NCBI GenBank assembly: GCA_036172245.1
Contig: JAYWIR010000008.1
Location: forward strand, 4,960,001 to 5,024,000
Length of the DNA: 64,000 bases
Reading direction: 5' to 3'
From: Raillietiella orientalis
Taxonomy: Eukaryota
Under the pieces are notes generated by a model, which did not search any database, was not told where the DNA came from, and saw only the letters and a list, made by a program, of their open reading frames with translations. Below are positions 35,261-47,989 of the stretch, piece by piece. The position numbers were made by a program, and so were the translations under genes. Position 1 is the stretch's first letter, and every line of letters starts with the position of its first letter.

Positions 35261-36779
35261 GCGCTCGACGGTCCCTCTGCGCTCGGCAGATTCGCCGGTT
35301 CCTGAGATGGCGAGAGGATGCGTTCCTTCCTCACAGAGTTCGCTCTCTTGGTGGGAGTGAGGTCATCTCCAAGCAACAGTTGCGTGTTGACTCCCAAGTG
35401 GATACGGACTTTGATGAATGCGCGCACTGCTTGACTGGACCCCTCTGGAGGAGCTGGCCGTTCGAGGCAGTAGTGGGGCAAGCCGTTCGGGAAGAGGAGG
35501 AAAGCGGAAAACAGAGGAACCGAAGAGCGATGCGGGGGGTGAAGAGCCCAGTATCTTCGTCCATCACCGTCCTCTCGTGCCTGCGCGGAAGCGGAGTATA
35601 GGCAACAGACGCGCGTGCGTTCTTTCTCGCGCTGCTGTTGCGCACCGACCAGGATGGGTGTAAGAGATAGCCTGCCTCCCCAAAAAGAGGAGGAGGGAGA
35701 AGAAACGCGTGATCTCAGCTCAGTATTTTATGCTGATAGCCTAAAGGATGAGACCAACCCTTATTTTGTCTCCGTCATCCTTCTCTTCCCCCCCCCCCCC
35801 TCGTTGCCTAGCACGCTCCTAACAGCAGTTCCTCCTCAGCAGTCACCGTTAAATAAAGGGGTAAACTCCGTGTTGTTTATTTAGCTCGTGGATTATTTAT
35901 ACGAGTGCAGGAATCCACTTCCGGGTACAAAAAGGATTACGCGACGCCGTGCACCCGTGGATTTGGGTTCGAAGGATGCGGCGCTAACTCGAAGGGACCC
36001 CGAGGGAAGGACGGGTGCGAATGCGGCGCCTTGGCTGGGAAGCCGACGCGGAGCGCGTCAGCAGCTCACACCATTAATCCGACGGGATCTCCGCGCTCGG
36101 CGGAGTGACAGCAGTTCAGGAAAGGGCAAAGACGGAACCCGGAAATCTTGCGGTGACGCGGCCCGGCTGCACCTCAGCTGCCAGAGAGAGAGGAGGAGGG
36201 CGGCGGAGGCGTCTGCAAGTCGCTTCCTCCTTCACGCGGCTGCTGCCGGCGGCCGCGAGCAGAGGCTGAACACGGCGGACGCTTCGACCGACGCGAGAGA
36301 CCCTTCCCCCCGCCCTCCTCCCGTGGCAAGACCTGATGGCTGCGTGCCGGTCTGCGATCACGCACGGATGGCGTCCGCCCGTGGGAATGCCCCGTTGGCT
36401 GAAAGAAGGCGCCTCGTTCCCAGACGCTCCTTCTTCACCTACCCGGTAGTCCCTGGCATTTGCCGACTCCCCACGACCCGGAACTCGCGCCGCGCAGCGA
36501 ACGTTTCGGGACTTGGTTCCCTTGATAGGGGTCGCTCCTCCCCTAAACGGGAGAGGGCCGCTCGCCATCACGAAGCAATCCACCTCCTGTTGGATCCCGA
36601 AAAGCAGCCGGTCGTCTTCAGCTACCCTTCGAGCATCCTCGCCAGACATAAGGAGGGCAGTGTCCGCCGGAACAGATCGGAAATTCGCGGGAAGCAGAAC
36701 GTGGGGAAGTTTGTCCGCCCCCCTCCCTGGAGAGATTCAGCTGGGATGAAGGTGGAGTCACCCTCGGACTTGTAAATTC

Positions 36780-37190
36780 CCTCAGCTGCAGCATATGGTC
36801 GCTAAGACTTGCTGCTGGGATTTCATTCCTCTCTCCTCCGAAGTTCACGCGGTCGAAATTTCCGGGATGCCTGACCGTAGGGTCCAGCGCGTCGGGCACG
36901 CGTTCGGGGTGCAGGGAGTGTCTGTAGAGGTTCGTTTCACTGAGAGCTCGAGGTTAGGTGCCCGAGGGCCGTGACCTCGAGGCGAACTTCCTGCTGGGGC
37001 TGCCCGCGGGCGCAATGGCACTCGCAGCAAGTGACCAGATGACCCGGATGGCGCTCATGGTCACTGCTTGCTCACAGCTCCTCATTCCATCCACCACCGT
37101 GTGATTTACCAGCCGCGTCCACTGTCTTTCATCCAGTCTTCCGGGGCCTAACGATTACTTATCCCAAGTGTTGCGGAAGGGGAGTCTTCT
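36780..37190 (-). mobile_element. Possible LINE ORF2 relics
   Basis: IPAASLSDHMLQL (SDH) and SAIRVIWSL; mixed fragments. Confidence 0.28.
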
Positions 37191-37257
37191 GGAAGTCAGG
37201 TCGGGTCAGGCCGACTAGAAACACGTGTCGGCCCAGATGCAGGCAGAGACAGACCAC

Positions 37258-38024
37258 AGGGTCTCTCTGCGCCTCTTTCACTCTTCGGCTGCGTCCGTCC
37301 TCCGGACACGGAGCCGCCAAGAATGTGGTCATCGGGAGGCAGGAAAAAATTCACTGCAAGCCAGGTCGCCTCTGCCTCGAAGCGACACTGCTTGGTCCTT
37401 GCCTCCCTCCTTCCTTTTTTTTTTTCCCTTCTTTTTCGGGGGGATTCCCGGGAAGCGACGTTCCTGACACTCGAGGGCCACTGTTCTAGGAGAGTAGGTT
37501 TGCCCCCCCCCCCACAGACTTCGAGGCGCCCCGTGCACCGCCTTGGGGAGCAACTCATTCGATCCCGGCACAACGTCCCCACGGTTGCGCAAGAATCTCC
37601 GCCGAGACAGGGCTCCGCAGGAAGATTTCCGGTCATCGCCAGCCCTCGTTCTCCTAGTCTCCGCCAACATCCCATCTTTGTTCCTGTGGCTCTCCCTCAG
37701 TCGACGTCCACCCAGAAGACCGCACTCATCTCTTCGTTTCGCTGCGTCCGCAGGATCCGGGAAGTGATCTGGAGAGAGTGCCGCCTCCCTCGTTCACCCC
37801 CTCCCGCAGTCCTAACGCGCCGACTCTGTGTGCCCGACGAGAGTCCCGCCGCGTCGGCCAGGCCCATCGGCAGGGCTCCCAGGACGGCGCCGGCAGGGCC
37901 AGTCTCTGCTTTTCATTTGCGGTCGCGTTGAATTTTTTCCTGGCTCCCGGTGACCACATCCTTGGCGGCTCCATGCCCGGCTGACCGACGCGGCTGAAGA
38001 GTGGACGAGGCTCAGGGGAGTCTT
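37258..38024. repeat. Imperfect ~95-bp inverted repeat pair (37258-37355 / 37928-38024)
   Basis: GGAGCCGCCAAG(A/G)ATGTGGTCA(T/C)CGGGAG(G/C)CAGGAAAAAATTCA present on opposite strands. Confidence 0.9.
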
Positions 38025-41000
38025 TGAGAGGGACAGGATTTGGAGCCAGATTGCAGCTTCATAATCTGCAGAAGGGGAGATGGGAGGAAACCCCTCTGGT
38101 AAAATCTTTCTTGACCCATGGCCGGCGGCCCAGGCGGTTCCTGGAAAAGGAGCTGGCAGTCCTGGCGGGATCGAATTTCCCAAACAATGAGCAGCCCTCA
38201 TCCCTCCCAGACCGCAAAGTTGGGGGGCGGACCTTTTCGTCCCGGGACTGCCAGGACGTGCGTTCAAAACGAAGAATAAATAAAATTTGGGGAAATTTCG
38301 GGAACGCGCGGGAAGAACGAGGGCATGTCGGGGTGAGGGAGAGGTAAGAACACGTGTACAGTGACGAAAGGGCCAGACCTCACTAGGGACGGAACTAGGG
38401 CGGGGGTACAGGGTGGGAAGGGAAGGTCAACGAGTGCACAGGGACTGGAGCAGACCGTCCTAGCCGTAATGATCGCGATGATTTCCCGAGGGTCTGCTTC
38501 CGGAAGGGACGGGAGAAGGGGAGTAGGAGGCGTCTTCACCGGCCGAGTCCCTCAGTCCGCCTGCAATTGGCCCGAGGCCTTCTCTCGTCCCACCTGCCAG
38601 TTTGGAGCATCCTCCATGAGAGCGGTGGCGGTTGCGAAAGGCTCCCTGGGACTGCCGGCCACCCCCCATCTCGAAGATCACCCTCTGGTTAATGGCCAGA
38701 AGGGGCGGAGCTGGCGAGTTCGAGGAGGTGGGCCATTTTCAGCAGAAGGTCCCGGGGCTCCACGTCCCTCGCGCGCGCTCGCTGGGGCTCTCGACTTGCC
38801 GCTGGAAGTTCGAGAATTCCTGGATCCTTAGAATTCCCGCTGCATGCAGGGAGAAAAGGACAGGAGTGTCGTCTTCCTTCGAGAAGGTCTGCTCCCCAAA
38901 GGGGGGGAGGAGAGGGAGGTCGGTCTGCATGCGATCTGAAGAAGGTCGAATCCGAAGGCAAAAGATCCGCGTTCGTCTCCTAGCAGCCGGCGGAATGCCG
39001 ACAGAGAAAGCGCCGCACGACCGCGTTTCGGAAGTCCTACCGACAGGGAGAGTCGGAGAGTAGAGGGGTCAGGGAGCGTCCCCGACCGGGAACTGGGCTC
39101 CGGGTTTACGCCCGAGGAGAAATTCGCCCTCCTTCGGGAACGCGGTCTCGGGAGAGTCAAGCAGTCAGTTGAGGAGCGGCCGAGGTCGAGCACGCGAAGG
39201 CCGCGTCCCGAGTAGGAAGCGGCGCCCGCAGCCAGAGGGCATGACCGAGCGTTCGAAAGGCCGACCGCGCTTCCGGTCTCCCGCTTCCGGTCATCCGCAA
39301 CCGTCAGCCGGGACATGCGCCGACCGTCCTTTGGAGGCCAAGGACCGGTGCCGGCGACCTCGAGCGGAGGAGAATTCTTCCGGGTCGGCTTACTCGCCGA
39401 TGATCTTTCCGGGTCCGAGTCCCCAGGGCAAAGAGACGCAGGGAAGATCGGAGCTGCCGGAAGGAGGGAAGGACAAACTCTGGACGCGGTCCTCAATGAA
39501 ATGAGCCGCCACCCTGTCTCGTCACGTCAATCGTCTACCAGCAGCTTCCGGGTCTCTGGACCCGGATTGCGAGCACGCCAGCGAGGCTCTCTCTCTCGAA
39601 GGGCGTCTCCTGTGCTGACATCCTGGTCGTGGAACCAGTCGTCAGGACCGGATTTCTTCCTCCCGCCTTCTCCTTTCGTTGCAACCGCCCCCGCGCGGAT
39701 GACGGCGAGGGCACCGCGCGGGCGCACGTGCCATCCTTTCCGTTTCGATGAAACTGAAAGTTCTGAAGGCGGAGGTGGCGACCGCCGCGAGAAGGAGGCG
39801 TCCTTCCTCCCTCCCCCCTGACAAGCGGAAGCCGGCGCGGTACATGGCGTGCGGCCCACGGGGAAAGCGTCCCGCGAAGCCAGGACGAGACGCGGGAAGC
39901 GGGAGAGAGAGGGGGGCGCAGCCGCGCGGGCGATGGCCTCCTCTTCGGACGCAGCCGAATGAGTAGTGCCCCCTTCTCAACTGTCCCTCCTCCCCAGCCT
40001 GGCCAGGCCGACACCCTCTCCCGAGTTGCCGACCATCGGCCCTGCACGTTCGTCCTACCCGGCGGGTTTTTGTATGTCTTTTTTTTTTTAAAAAAAAAAA
40101 AAAGAAAAACTTCCCCCAACGCACGAACGTGCAGCCGGCGCCAAAGTGGCCGAACGGGCTCGCTCCGTCACCTTGGCATGCTGGTTGGGGAAGGGGGGGG
40201 GGGGGGATTTCCTGCCAAAGCAGCGACGGCAGCAGCGCGCGAGCGCGTCGTTTGCTCGAACTCTCGGGGAGCGTTGGCACCGGCCGCCGTCGCCAGCGGA
40301 GCTAAGCGGCGTCAGAGCGGGCGCCGCCGACGTCGCCAGGGAAAGGAAGGGACCGGCCTTCCTCCTCGGAGTCCGCGCCACGGCCGGCTCTGCCGCCGCC
40401 ATTTTCATTTTTTCCTCCCAGCAGTCGTTTCGTCTTCGTTTCCGGAACTTTCGTTCCTTGGCACTTCCGCCCTCTTTCCGTTTTGCGCCTTTCATTTCAT
40501 GTTGATTTTTTTTTTGCTTTGTGTTTTGTTTTAGCAGAAAGTAAATGCGCGGATCGGGTTACTTATAAATCGGATTATAAATAAATATCCGCCACCGCAT
40601 TCCCCCCCCCCCCCATACACACAATCACCGAACGGTTAGGAGCGCGCAGAAAATTCATGCTTTTGTACGGTTCCTCTCCCCTCTCGGAGAAGAGGGAGAA
40701 AATTGGGACCGCTGGGGAGAGGCAGAGCTTCGATGGCGCATAATTCATGCATCATTGCCCGAGGTACAGCAGTTTGCTGCGGATTTCGATGATGCGCCAG
40801 CGAGATCGCTTCGCGAAACGACTGTGACCTTAGTCGGGGGAACGCCATTTTTCTTATCTGTGATATTGGATTTGTTCTCCCGGAAGCGTAATGTCTTTCC
40901 GCGCTCTTCACGCGGAGGCCGGCACTCCAGCCTCATCCCTGATTAAGAGGAAGGACGGAACGAGCTCGGAAGTGGGAAGGACAAGGTGAACGCACTCTTT

Positions 41001-43299
41001 ATCATCGAATTTCCATTCCGGAACAATGGGGCCTTCTCAGAGGGAGAGCGGGCGCGCTCCCCCCCCCCACCCTGGAATCCTTTTCCTGTCTTCTCGCCTA
41101 ATCAGATTTCTCCTCCGCGGGCGCTTCGGGGTCTCCGAGGGGAAAACTTCAGGTCTGCCGCATCCGAGGTCTCGCGCGACCCTGCCTCTTGTTTCGGAAG
41201 ACAAGGAAGGCGGAAGTCGCTCCCACCGCCGGGAGGCGAGCCGGGAAGTACCAGAGAGGAGGTTCTGGAGAGCGGGCAGGAGGCCTGCCGTACTGTTCCC
41301 GGCGACCTCGCAGAGGTGTGGGTTTGCTGCGCCCACATTGCCGCGAGCGACCCGGGAGCCCGCGAGCCTGTCGTTAGCAGGCTCGCGTCGACCTACAAGG
41401 TCAGTGACGACCCCGCGTACGCGAGCGAGGAGGGAGGCTGACTCTTCAGTGGCAGCCGGAGACCGCGCTCTAGTTCTAAAGGAACGCCTGTAGGGAGCGT
41501 TGGGCGCAAGGGGGCAGCGCACGCGCAGCTTCTCCGCTCGACGTGAATGGGGGGCGGCGGGCGACCTGCGAGGACTGCCCACCGCCGTTGCCGCCGAAGG
41601 TTCCCGGGAACTTTACGGGGGGAGGGAGGGGGGGAGAGACCCGCCAGCTGCTTTTCTGCAGCACCTCGGCGTCCGCGTCCTTTCCCGGAACGGATGGGCG
41701 GGCTGCTCGCCGTTCGACTCCGGACGGCGGCGAGATGACGCCGCGTCATCACTTCTAGTTCTTCTAGTCTGCGGCAGCTGAACGCGTCATCGCGTTCAGC
41801 TGCCGCAGACCCGTCGCGAAGGCGCACGAGGGAAAGAAGGCGCGCATCTTCCGCGCTACCGTCGGCGCGCAAACGAAGAGAGCGCGGAAAAGGCGAAACG
41901 GAAGCGCATACGAACATCGAGGGCTGCAGCCAAAGCTTCTTCTCCGAATCTCTGGACGTTTACTTCCCGCTGCTTCCGCTGCCAGAATCATCTCAATGGA
42001 CCTGTTTACGTTCTTCCGCTCGTCTGTTTATCTTCCAGCGATCTCCTCCTACCATCTCCGGGCGGGTGCTCTCGAGGAAGAGCGGCCATCCTTTGATTAA
42101 TGGGGGCGCAAGGTCCCCGAAATCGCGCGCCTTCTTGTCACTCCCGTCTCACCCCCAGATGTCAGTGCTCTCGTTCCCCGAAGCCGGGACGCAGGTTCCT
42201 CCAGGATGGCGAAATCTTCGAAAGTCGGGCGAGCGATTCTCTGAAGCTCGTGCACGCGCGATCCGCCCGGGGGCGGGGGGGCAAGCGGACGCCTCCTCCG
42301 CCTTGCCGCCGCCGACGGGAGGGGAGTGGCGGCCCTGAGTCTGCTTCCCCCTAACGATGAGCAAACAACGCGTTTCCTTTCTGCTGGTCGTATCCGTCAA
42401 ACGAGTTGCCAGCCCCCCCCCTCCTCCTCCCCTCCTCCCTTTCCCCGCTCCCGCCGTTCGGTGCCTGCGAAATGGGCGCGTGCGTGTGGTTCCCTCACCG
42501 GAATGCCGAGGGCAAAAGCGTCGAGGCGTGCCGGGGTGGCCGGTAGCGGGGCTCGTTCGGGTGATCGACGTCCGGCAGACTTTCCGATCGGTCCGGGACA
42601 CCGCATCGAGACGGGTTGCAGAGGCCGCGCGGCAGCCACCGCGGACGGGGAGAAGTCCGTGAGAGAGGGAGGCACGCGGCGGGGTGGAGAAGGGGGAGAG
42701 GTGCGGTCGTCCCTTCCCTCCCTCATCTCAGCTCTTTCCGAGAGCGGGCGCGCCGCTACTCACTAGGCCTCTCTACTGCGCCCTCCCCACCAGCCCCGCT
42801 CCGCGGAACGCGCGGTCGTGGGCGAAAACCCCTTGCAGCCCCCGACGAGATTGCCATTCTTCCGCTTTCCAGCAAGCCGGTCCAGATGCCGGGTTTTACG
42901 ATCTTTAAAGCCCATAAACCTCCGACTGCTTTTCCACCATCTAAAATTGAACGATCTTAATGAAATACAATGTGCACGGTTTGCCTGGGGGAGCCTCTGT
43001 CCCATTGGGCGAAAGACATGGCGTTCAATAAACGCGAGCTGTCTTGGACCGCCAGCGACTTGGTTACGGAGGAGGGGACGATTCGATGAAGTGGCACGGC
43101 GCTCGGAAGTCCCTCGGGCGCCTGGCAGTCAGGAAGAGGGTCGCTCCGCTGTTCTCCGCTGGCTCCGACGCCCGTTCGAGATGGTTCGCCACCGCATGAC
43201 CACCGCATGAAGAGAGGCTGGGCCGCGGCGGAGCGTTCCGGTAATTCGGAGGCGCGCGCGCTCGCACGCTGGTGTTTCCCGCGTTTCTGGCCCTGCTGG

Positions 43300-43530
43300 A
43301 GGAGGAAGACGAGGACGAGGAAAAAGTCAATCACCGCGCGCGCGCGCAGTTCACTTCGTGGAAGCCGAAGGGAAAATTTCGAAACCAGGGCAAAGGTTAA
43401 AGTACCAATTCGTCTGCAGTGCACGTTGGAAGATGTGGCTCCTCCAGGATCGGTTTTCACTGCACATTGGATAAGTCGTGCACGCAGCGTGCGTGCGTGC
43501 GCGCGCGCGTCGTTCCCACCCACTCCGACG
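43300..43530 (+). mobile_element. Possible hAT C-terminal relic
   Basis: QFTSWKPKGKFRN..TLDKSCTQRACVR (~Q+..+K..G.F ... LS+.CS.S.CER). Confidence 0.25.
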
Positions 43531-44399
43531 TGCGTGCACTTGTTGCAGATCCTCGCTCCCTGTTTGTCACTGCTGCCCAGGGCACCTGCTCGGCACGCTC
43601 GGAAAAGACACGACACATGCGTGATGTCCCTGCGCCTCGCAGCAGAGTGCTAAGGCAGACCCGATGCGAGGGCTCCCGGTGGGGGTTCCTCGTCACGCAG
43701 CACCCGCGCTCACGCACGCACTCGTTGGGCGGGATAGTGTGTCAACTGGACACAAGAAACGTCTTCCGTATCTCCAGAGGATCGCTCTAGAGTCCTCTTC
43801 CGTTCCTTTCTTGGATGCAGGCAATGCAGGCTGGCAAGCAAACAAAACGTGTCAACACACGAGGAAGAGACGGCTGCAGGAAGAGTCGCCGCGTTATGAA
43901 GAGGAGGAGAAGGATCTGCAGTAAGATCCCCCCTTCCCCCCTCCCTTCCAAAAAGGGCAGTCCGTCCGGGCGTGCTGACTTCGCACGCCCACAAAAACTT
44001 GCGATGGTGGCTGATGCGAAGAACGAAGCACCGGGGTCACAAACTGTAAGAAGGAGGTTCGCAAAGCACTTGCGCGCAAGCACACGGAGAAACTCTCGAC
44101 CCGAGGATGGCCAGCTGTGTTCCCTGCTGCGAGCCCTTTCCCGGCTGCAGGAAGAGACCCTTTTGTCGTCTGCGGTCGCCGTGCCAGCCGAAACCCACGC
44201 TGAGGATGAGGAACTTCTAGCCTTCTTGCTCGCCGGGACAGCGCGGACGTGTGCGGCGAGGAACTGCTGCATCCCTTCGCGTAGGAAGCGCTGCCAAGTG
44301 TCACGTGTTGACTACTACTCAGCAGTCACTATTCTGTGGATCTGCTCAAGTATCCGCATATGTCATCATCAAGTCGTGGAAAAGCTCCGGTAAGCTCCC

Positions 44400-45560
44400 A
44401 CGCACCATTTGCTCTTCGCACCCTGCGGAACTTTTGCGATTGGTCAGCCGAGGGAACACATGCCAGCCTGACGGACAAATCGTTTCGATTGATCTCCCAG
44501 GGTGGAGTGGGCGAGACCGCTTCCATCTGCGGGAGTGGTTTTTTCCCCGAAAGGAATTTTCTCTGCTCCGTGACTTCTTAAACCTCATCTTCCAAGGCAG
44601 GCTCGCTAAAGACAACTCAAACCAGCAAGACAGGATTCATTGGTCTGGAAAGGCTTCAAAGAGGAGAGGGAGAATTCTGATCGCTTCCCTTGCAGGTCGT
44701 GGTGGAGGTCAAAGAGGAGACGACATCAGTAAGAGAGTCCCTGGCGCTCGCCGGATCAACGAAAGAGATCTTGCACAGATCGCATGAAGGCAACCTCTTG
44801 AAGACGGGAATGGGTCCCCTCCATCAAACGGGTATCCTGCGGTGGACCCAGGTCGCGAGATTTTTAGGGGATTTGCGGAAGTGTGGCGGTTCACAGGGAG
44901 AGGCTGAGAAGGATTTTAAACCGAGGTGAGTCGCAAAGAGCAATTTTTCTTCCGTGGGAGAACGCGACATTTACGACACCGAGCGGCGTATGGTCAGCGG
45001 ATGTTATTTGACTCAGAGTCAGCAGAATCTGACCTTCTCGAAAAAGCCCCCATTCAATCCCACATCTTTCCCCTCCCTTGAGGCGAACCATCCGGTCCCG
45101 AGATAGAGAAGGAACAAACTGAGATCCAGTCCCGACTGCTTGCCTTTCTGCAAAGGAACTTTTCCCAACTCGAGGTGCCGCTGCTCTTGAATGATTCCCT
45201 TGCCAAATTACTGAAGCGCTTCGTGACCCCAGGAATCATTCCGGATCCATTCGAGAAAGAAAAAAAAAAAGCGCGGGCTGCGTAGAACTGCAAAAAAAAA
45301 GAAAAAGAACACATGCGATCCTCTGCACAGAACAAGTGTTAACACTTGCGTGTTGGTTTCTGCACGAGGCATGACGAACGAGAGATTCCTCCATGGGCTG
45401 CACAAATATTGCGAAGAATGGGCTTGCGGAAGTTTGAGATCAGAGACTTCTTCCAGGGGTTTGAACAGCCTTCCTCCTGGTAACCAGGGAACGTTGGAAT
45501 CAGGGAAAATCGTTCCTTGAGGAGGAGGAACGGAGAGATCTGCGGGAGAATGGAGCAAAC
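44400..45560 (-). mobile_element. LINE endonuclease and linker relic
   Basis: LRNICAA (~NIYAP), QSGLD (~SRLD) and SADHTPL (~SDH.P), in order. Confidence 0.4.
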
Positions 45561-45789
45561 TGTAAGAAACGACTGGAAATGACTTTCAATGAATGAACCG
45601 GAAAGTAAAAGAAAAAAACTCTTCGGTGCAGCCGCCCCAATCCTCGAGTCTATTCTTTTCCTCGTGGGGCCATCGGTAAAGCAGGCGACGCCTAGCAGAT
45701 CACGGGCTCCACCAGGAAGCTTCGGTGGTCGCTCCGAGGATGGACGTGGAGTGGAAACCTGGTCTGGGGAGCACGGGAAGAGCGCGTGC

Positions 45790-47030
45790 CGAGGACTAGG
45801 CTACCACTTTGTCCCGTCTTTCAGCAATACTGGATTCCCTACCGACGCTCCAGTTGAGGATGTGCCCTGGCGTTCTCCACACATTCCGAACCTTCTGCGC
45901 AAGAGAAGAGAACCATCCCTGGCCGGAGGTGCCAGCACATATGGAGGAAGGTGAGGTCATGCCACGTAGATGGATCCACCACGCGCAAGTCGGAAAGGGG
46001 TTACCGCCGAACAGGTGGCGTGCCGCCGACACGGGATGCCGCCCAGCTGAGGGTGTGGTCCGTCCTTGACCTGGGCGTTTGGCGGCAAAAGACTCGCCGA
46101 GTGGATTCGTGGCTCGCTCCACTGAGCGCCACTGACCACCAAACCATTCCGAAGGGCGGCACGCAGGAAGCCATTCGCTCCCCCTTGGGGTGCTCCGATA
46201 ACTCGGATCCCATGCTTTCGGAAGCTTCCTGTGCTTTCCAGGGTGCTTCCCTCTTCGTCAGTCTCGTTCCTTCCTTTCTGCGTTCCCTCCCTGATCTCAA
46301 TGGTCCCAACGCCCGCTACTGTTATCTTTCCATCTTCCGGTTGTCGCTTTTATACTCACCAGCATCGCGGGGGAATCCTCTTCTCAGTTGACCGCTGGGA
46401 ACTTCAGGGTGCCCCTCGGCGTTGTCAGCCTGGCGCTGGGGCGATCCCCCAGTGCTTCGACCAAAGGGCTCTTCCGGAGGGAGCAGCTTCTGGACATTCC
46501 GACAACGGAACTGGTGGTGCCCTCCGGACAGCTCCGTGATCCTCGTCTAACCAGCAGCACGCGGTGCCCCCTTCCCTGCTCTCCTGAGCGTCCGCGTGCC
46601 ACGAGCGACCAGCACTGCCAGTCGAGAGCAAAGAGTATCTCGAGAAGCGTTGCCAGGTGCGGGGAGCAACTGGAAACGCTCCCGCACCCTCCTCTGGTTT
46701 GCGGTGACATCCAGGGAAGTTGGAAACGCCTCGCCGACACCCTGCTTCGCCATGGTGGACATCCCGAAGGATCCGGGAACGGAGGCGCTGCTCCGCACTC
46801 GATGACCTTTCGCCCGCCGCCCCTGACGCAATCCTGCGTCTCGCCGCTGCGCGCGCGAGGGGCGCTAGCAGGGACGGTGGAAAGCCATTCCCTTCTCTTG
46901 GCAGGCGACAAGGAACGTGGCCGGGAGGACGCTGTCAGCATTGCACTCGGGCTGAAGAAGACGCGGCGAGTCCATCTCCTTTATCTCTTATTTATTTATT
47001 TTTCCCTTATTTATTTATTTGTTAGGGCCA
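45790..47030 (+). mobile_element. LINE ORF2 post-RT and CCHC-knuckle relics ending in a T-rich UTR
   Basis: ARCGEQLETLPHPPLVCGDIQGSW knuckle; 45806-46085 is homologous to 48690-49300 (-). Confidence 0.6.
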
Positions 47031-47989
47031 CGTCCCCTTCGCCGTCCCGGCCTTGTGCCTCGACCGAGCTGCGAGTCAGTGGCTTACCGCTCCCCAGTGT
47101 TCCCCGTCCTTCGTTCCCGGTGGATTTGGCTGACAGGTCGACAATTCCACTGCTTCTCAGTGTTACCTGGACAACTACCAGGGGATGGACAGTGGGAGGG
47201 AGAGGGGAGGAGGCAGTCCAAACTCAGTTCCGGTCCATTTCCACGGTCCGAAGCCGCACACCTCTCACGCGCCCATCACGGACGCGCAGCTCCTCGTATC
47301 CTGCTCGGTTCCTTCAGGAGAAACCCGTCGGTCGGACTGCTAGAGTGGCGGAGCGGGAGAGGAGGAAGCCCTCGCGGGCCCCGCATAGGGCTCGTGTCGT
47401 TTCGCGTTCCCTCGTCCCGTTTCTCGGGAATCTCCCTCGGAACGTCCGATCCAGCGCTTTCTCGCCTCCTAAGACACTTAGGATTTTGTTCCGCTTCGTC
47501 CCGCTCATGTCACCTGGGCCCTCCGCCGAGCAGCGTCCCACGGTCAGTAGGTAGGAGTCCCAAACGCATGCATGCCACCCCTGCCCGTGGCGAACGTACG
47601 AAACCGGAGGTCCAAATCCACGATCCTCTTCTAGGATGGACAAGAGAAAAGAAAATCTGCACACCAGAAAGGGGGAGTGGACGGCAGGCAGCGTCCCCTT
47701 TTGCCTGCTCGCGCGCACTCCTGTCCAGGGTATTCCATCGTGAGGCTCTCGCATAGATCGCCTCTGGCTATTTAATCGAAGGATCCGTTGAGATGCGAAA
47801 GTTCTGCGGCCGCCACCACGCTCGGGGAAAGCTCGTGCGCGGCGTCCCTTCTCGAGTGACAGCAACGAAGGAACCATCCCCTCGCACCCAGACACTCGAC
47901 TCCGGGGAATGCGCCGAGAGAGCTTCCCCTGGACGGGGAGGTCTTGGATCCTCTGTGCATCGTGAGGCAGTTGAGCGCTTTAGTGATCC

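Noticed and set aside
35888..36775. 295-aa and other Arg/Pro/Gly-rich ORFs (also at 39-43 kb and 55-58 kb)
   Set aside because: Several overlapping frames are open on both strands, as expected from high GC, and no domain motifs are present.
46388..47554. 388-aa ORF, the longest in the track
   Set aside because: It is a broken LINE knuckle reading through the T-rich UTR into low-complexity sequence; not a credible CDS.
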